DNA of 64,000 nt, taken from contig JAKMXF010000288.1 of the NCBI GenBank assembly GCA_024704765.1, forward strand, positions 248,001 to 312,000, given 5' to 3'. Every line of letters starts with the position of its first letter. Positions within the stretch are counted from its first letter, which is position 1. The notes under the pieces are model-generated. The model did not search any database. It had not been told where the DNA came from and saw only the letters and a program-made list of their open reading frames with translations. Shown here in pieces: positions 59,136 through 64,000 of the stretch. The DNA is from Oopsacas minuta. Taxonomy: Eukaryota; Animalia; Porifera. The translations under genes and the position numbers were made by a program.

Positions 59136-59573
59136 TTTTGGGTGATTATTTTAAGTGCAGTTTTCGAATTTGTTGCAAAGTATTATCAATTATTATGAAA
59201 CCTTATTAAACACGCGTGTCTTGTGCTATCAATATTATTATACCACTCATTTTAGAAAACTAGCAAAAAATAATACACAAATTATACACATTCATAAATA
59301 TTACTACACAACAAGCATTTCCATTATTTTCCCTTTCATTTGTCTAATCCTTTGATTTTCACACTTCCCCACTGGCCGAATATTCCCCTTTTACAGGGTC
59401 ACATGGACCTCTTGGCGTTCTACATACGACCGCAGGGGGTCCACAGGGGAAAAGATTTGGGATCCGCTGCTCTATTATATACAAAAAGACCAGAAATTTC
59501 CCTGGAAACGGAGAGCTGTAAATTATGGTTTTTATCCCGAATATAGTATCCATAGTTATATAATACAACACAA

Positions 59574-62530
<2,957 letters not shown>

Positions 62531-62856
62531 GTAAATATATTGTGTCCTCCTCTCCCAGTGAAACCTCCACAAACGGGCCGAAAAATGCTACCTCTCGTTT
62601 GTGGAGGTTACACTGTACTAGTGGATTTGACCTCTGAACATGTCCCGGGGGTGAGGCCAGAGACCAAGGGAGAAGGGGCAATAATCAATAAACAAGAATA
62701 AAAACATATTTAATTGAACTACAATATATATATAGTAAATGCATTAGTTACACAATAGCCACACATACCAATATATCTTACATACCATATGGAGTGTTTG
62801 GTTACTAGGGTAGAAGCCATAGATAATATAGCCACAAAATGGATTGTAATGTGAGA

Positions 62857-63522
62857 CTACTTCGATAGTCTCAATTTCACCTTCAATACTTTCTCAACAT
62901 GTCTAATTGTTACTGAAACTCTTTTCTCTCTGACAATTTCGCGAGGTGTTTGTATATTCATATTCTTAATATTTTCACATTTATCTAGAAATCTATTTTC
63001 AATCCCGTGTAGGGTATTTTCATACATTTCATTTTGTAAACACAGCAAGCTTTTTGGTTCTAATAAAAACGAGAATTTGAATCGCTTTTCGAGAGCAGCG
63101 TTCCCAGTAGATATAGCTTCATAGAAGTCCATAATAATCGGCGCACATAGACTTATATTAACGACAACAGGATGGTAAAGGGGGCCGTCTTGATGGGGGA
63201 GTATACCTTGACCCGGCTCGTATTCGTTAATTAGGATATGATTCGGGGGTTTGGCACCGAATAGTGACGTCACGGTATTAATATGCTCATTCAACCATTT
63301 AGGGATTGTTTCTTGGACCATGCCCCGTGGGTGAGGGTACCCTCCCCAGTTCTGGAGGCGGCGACCCGATAAATACGTCCATTTTGGTTTCGGAACTGAG
63401 TATATATTTTGTAAGAGTTCGTCTTGTTGCTTGTCAGTAATGAAATCAGGTATATAGTAAGCTGTATGTGGTATGTCTGGGATAATGTATTGGGAGTATT
63501 GGAATGATTTTGCTGCACACAT
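62857..63522 (-). CDS. ALKBH6: AlkB homologue 6 (2OG-Fe dioxygenase), intronless
   Basis: YYIPDFIT, LSGRRLQNWGGYPHPRGM, NHILINEYEPGQGILPHQDGPLY, HGI, RVSVTIR. Confidence 0.93.
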   Translation of the reverse strand: MCAAKSFQYSQYIIPDIPHTAYYIPDFITDKQQDELLQNIYSVPKPKWTYLSGRRLQNWGGYPHPRGMVQETIPKWLNEHINTVTSLFGAKPPNHILINEYEPGQGILPHQDGPLYHPVVVNISLCAPIIMDFYEAISTGNAALEKRFKFSFLLEPKSLLCLQNEMYENTLHGIENRFLDKCENIKNMNIQTPREIVREKRVSVTIRHVEKVLKVKLRLSK

Positions 63523-63834
63523 TTGTATATTTCTATTGGAAATAATTACAGCGTATACCGGTTATAAGAACACCCTTGGGAGTAGCTATACATGTTCCTA
63601 CAACCGGTATAAATACACAAGAATCTATGAGAACCGTTTTCCAGAGGATGGTGCTTATATATTGTCACACCAAGCAAAACCGGATTGACACTTTCGGGAG
63701 AGGCAACTGAAAATATTTGTATATAATTCTAGCTTTGATATTTATCAATTAATCACTCAAATAAAGATTGCACAAACTATAAGCTAATAACAAACAATAA
63801 TAAACACCTAAACAACAACAACAAACATTTATCA

Positions 63835-63999
<165 letters not shown>

Positions 64000-64000
64000 T

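Overview
This is AT-rich, gene-dense eukaryotic nuclear DNA from an animal. It has GT-AG introns and metazoan gene families such as tensin, GRB2, a CNG channel and a TSP1/PLAC matrix protein. The compact layout and many intronless orthologues would fit an early-branching animal such as a glass sponge, but that is inference and not established here. About 26 protein-coding genes can be supported, several assembled by hand from exons the ORF track splits: an AID/APOBEC-like deaminase, PEX19, NFATC2IP/Rad60, MRM1, MRPL41, a CNGB-like channel, RNF207 (hosting CHEK2 and PTPDC1 in its introns), two tandem MTIF2 paralogues, a secreted Ig/TSP1/PLAC protein, OST-alpha-like, STK38, MRPL20, COMMD5, tensin, PACC1/TMEM206, an orphan multi-exon gene, M6PR, SLC35E1, MFSD9 (hosting DPH6 on the same strand), LIPT2, CNOT6, and a SPATA5-like AAA ATPase (hosting GRB2 and probably ALKBH6). 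Several MITE families are scattered through introns and intergenic DNA. The strongest leads are: (1) a canonical-looking AID/APOBEC deaminase with a basic C-terminal tail; (2) an IF2mt pair sharing a 244-bp block with only 4 mismatches inside otherwise highly diverged genes, with complementary domain losses; (3) a tensin carrying an EEA1/rabenosyn-type C2H2 finger; (4) a secreted protein with seven cysteine-less Ig domains; (5) repeated nesting of intronless genes inside intron-rich hosts, with a sharp CpG mosaic. All homology calls come from recognising motifs by eye; no searches were run.
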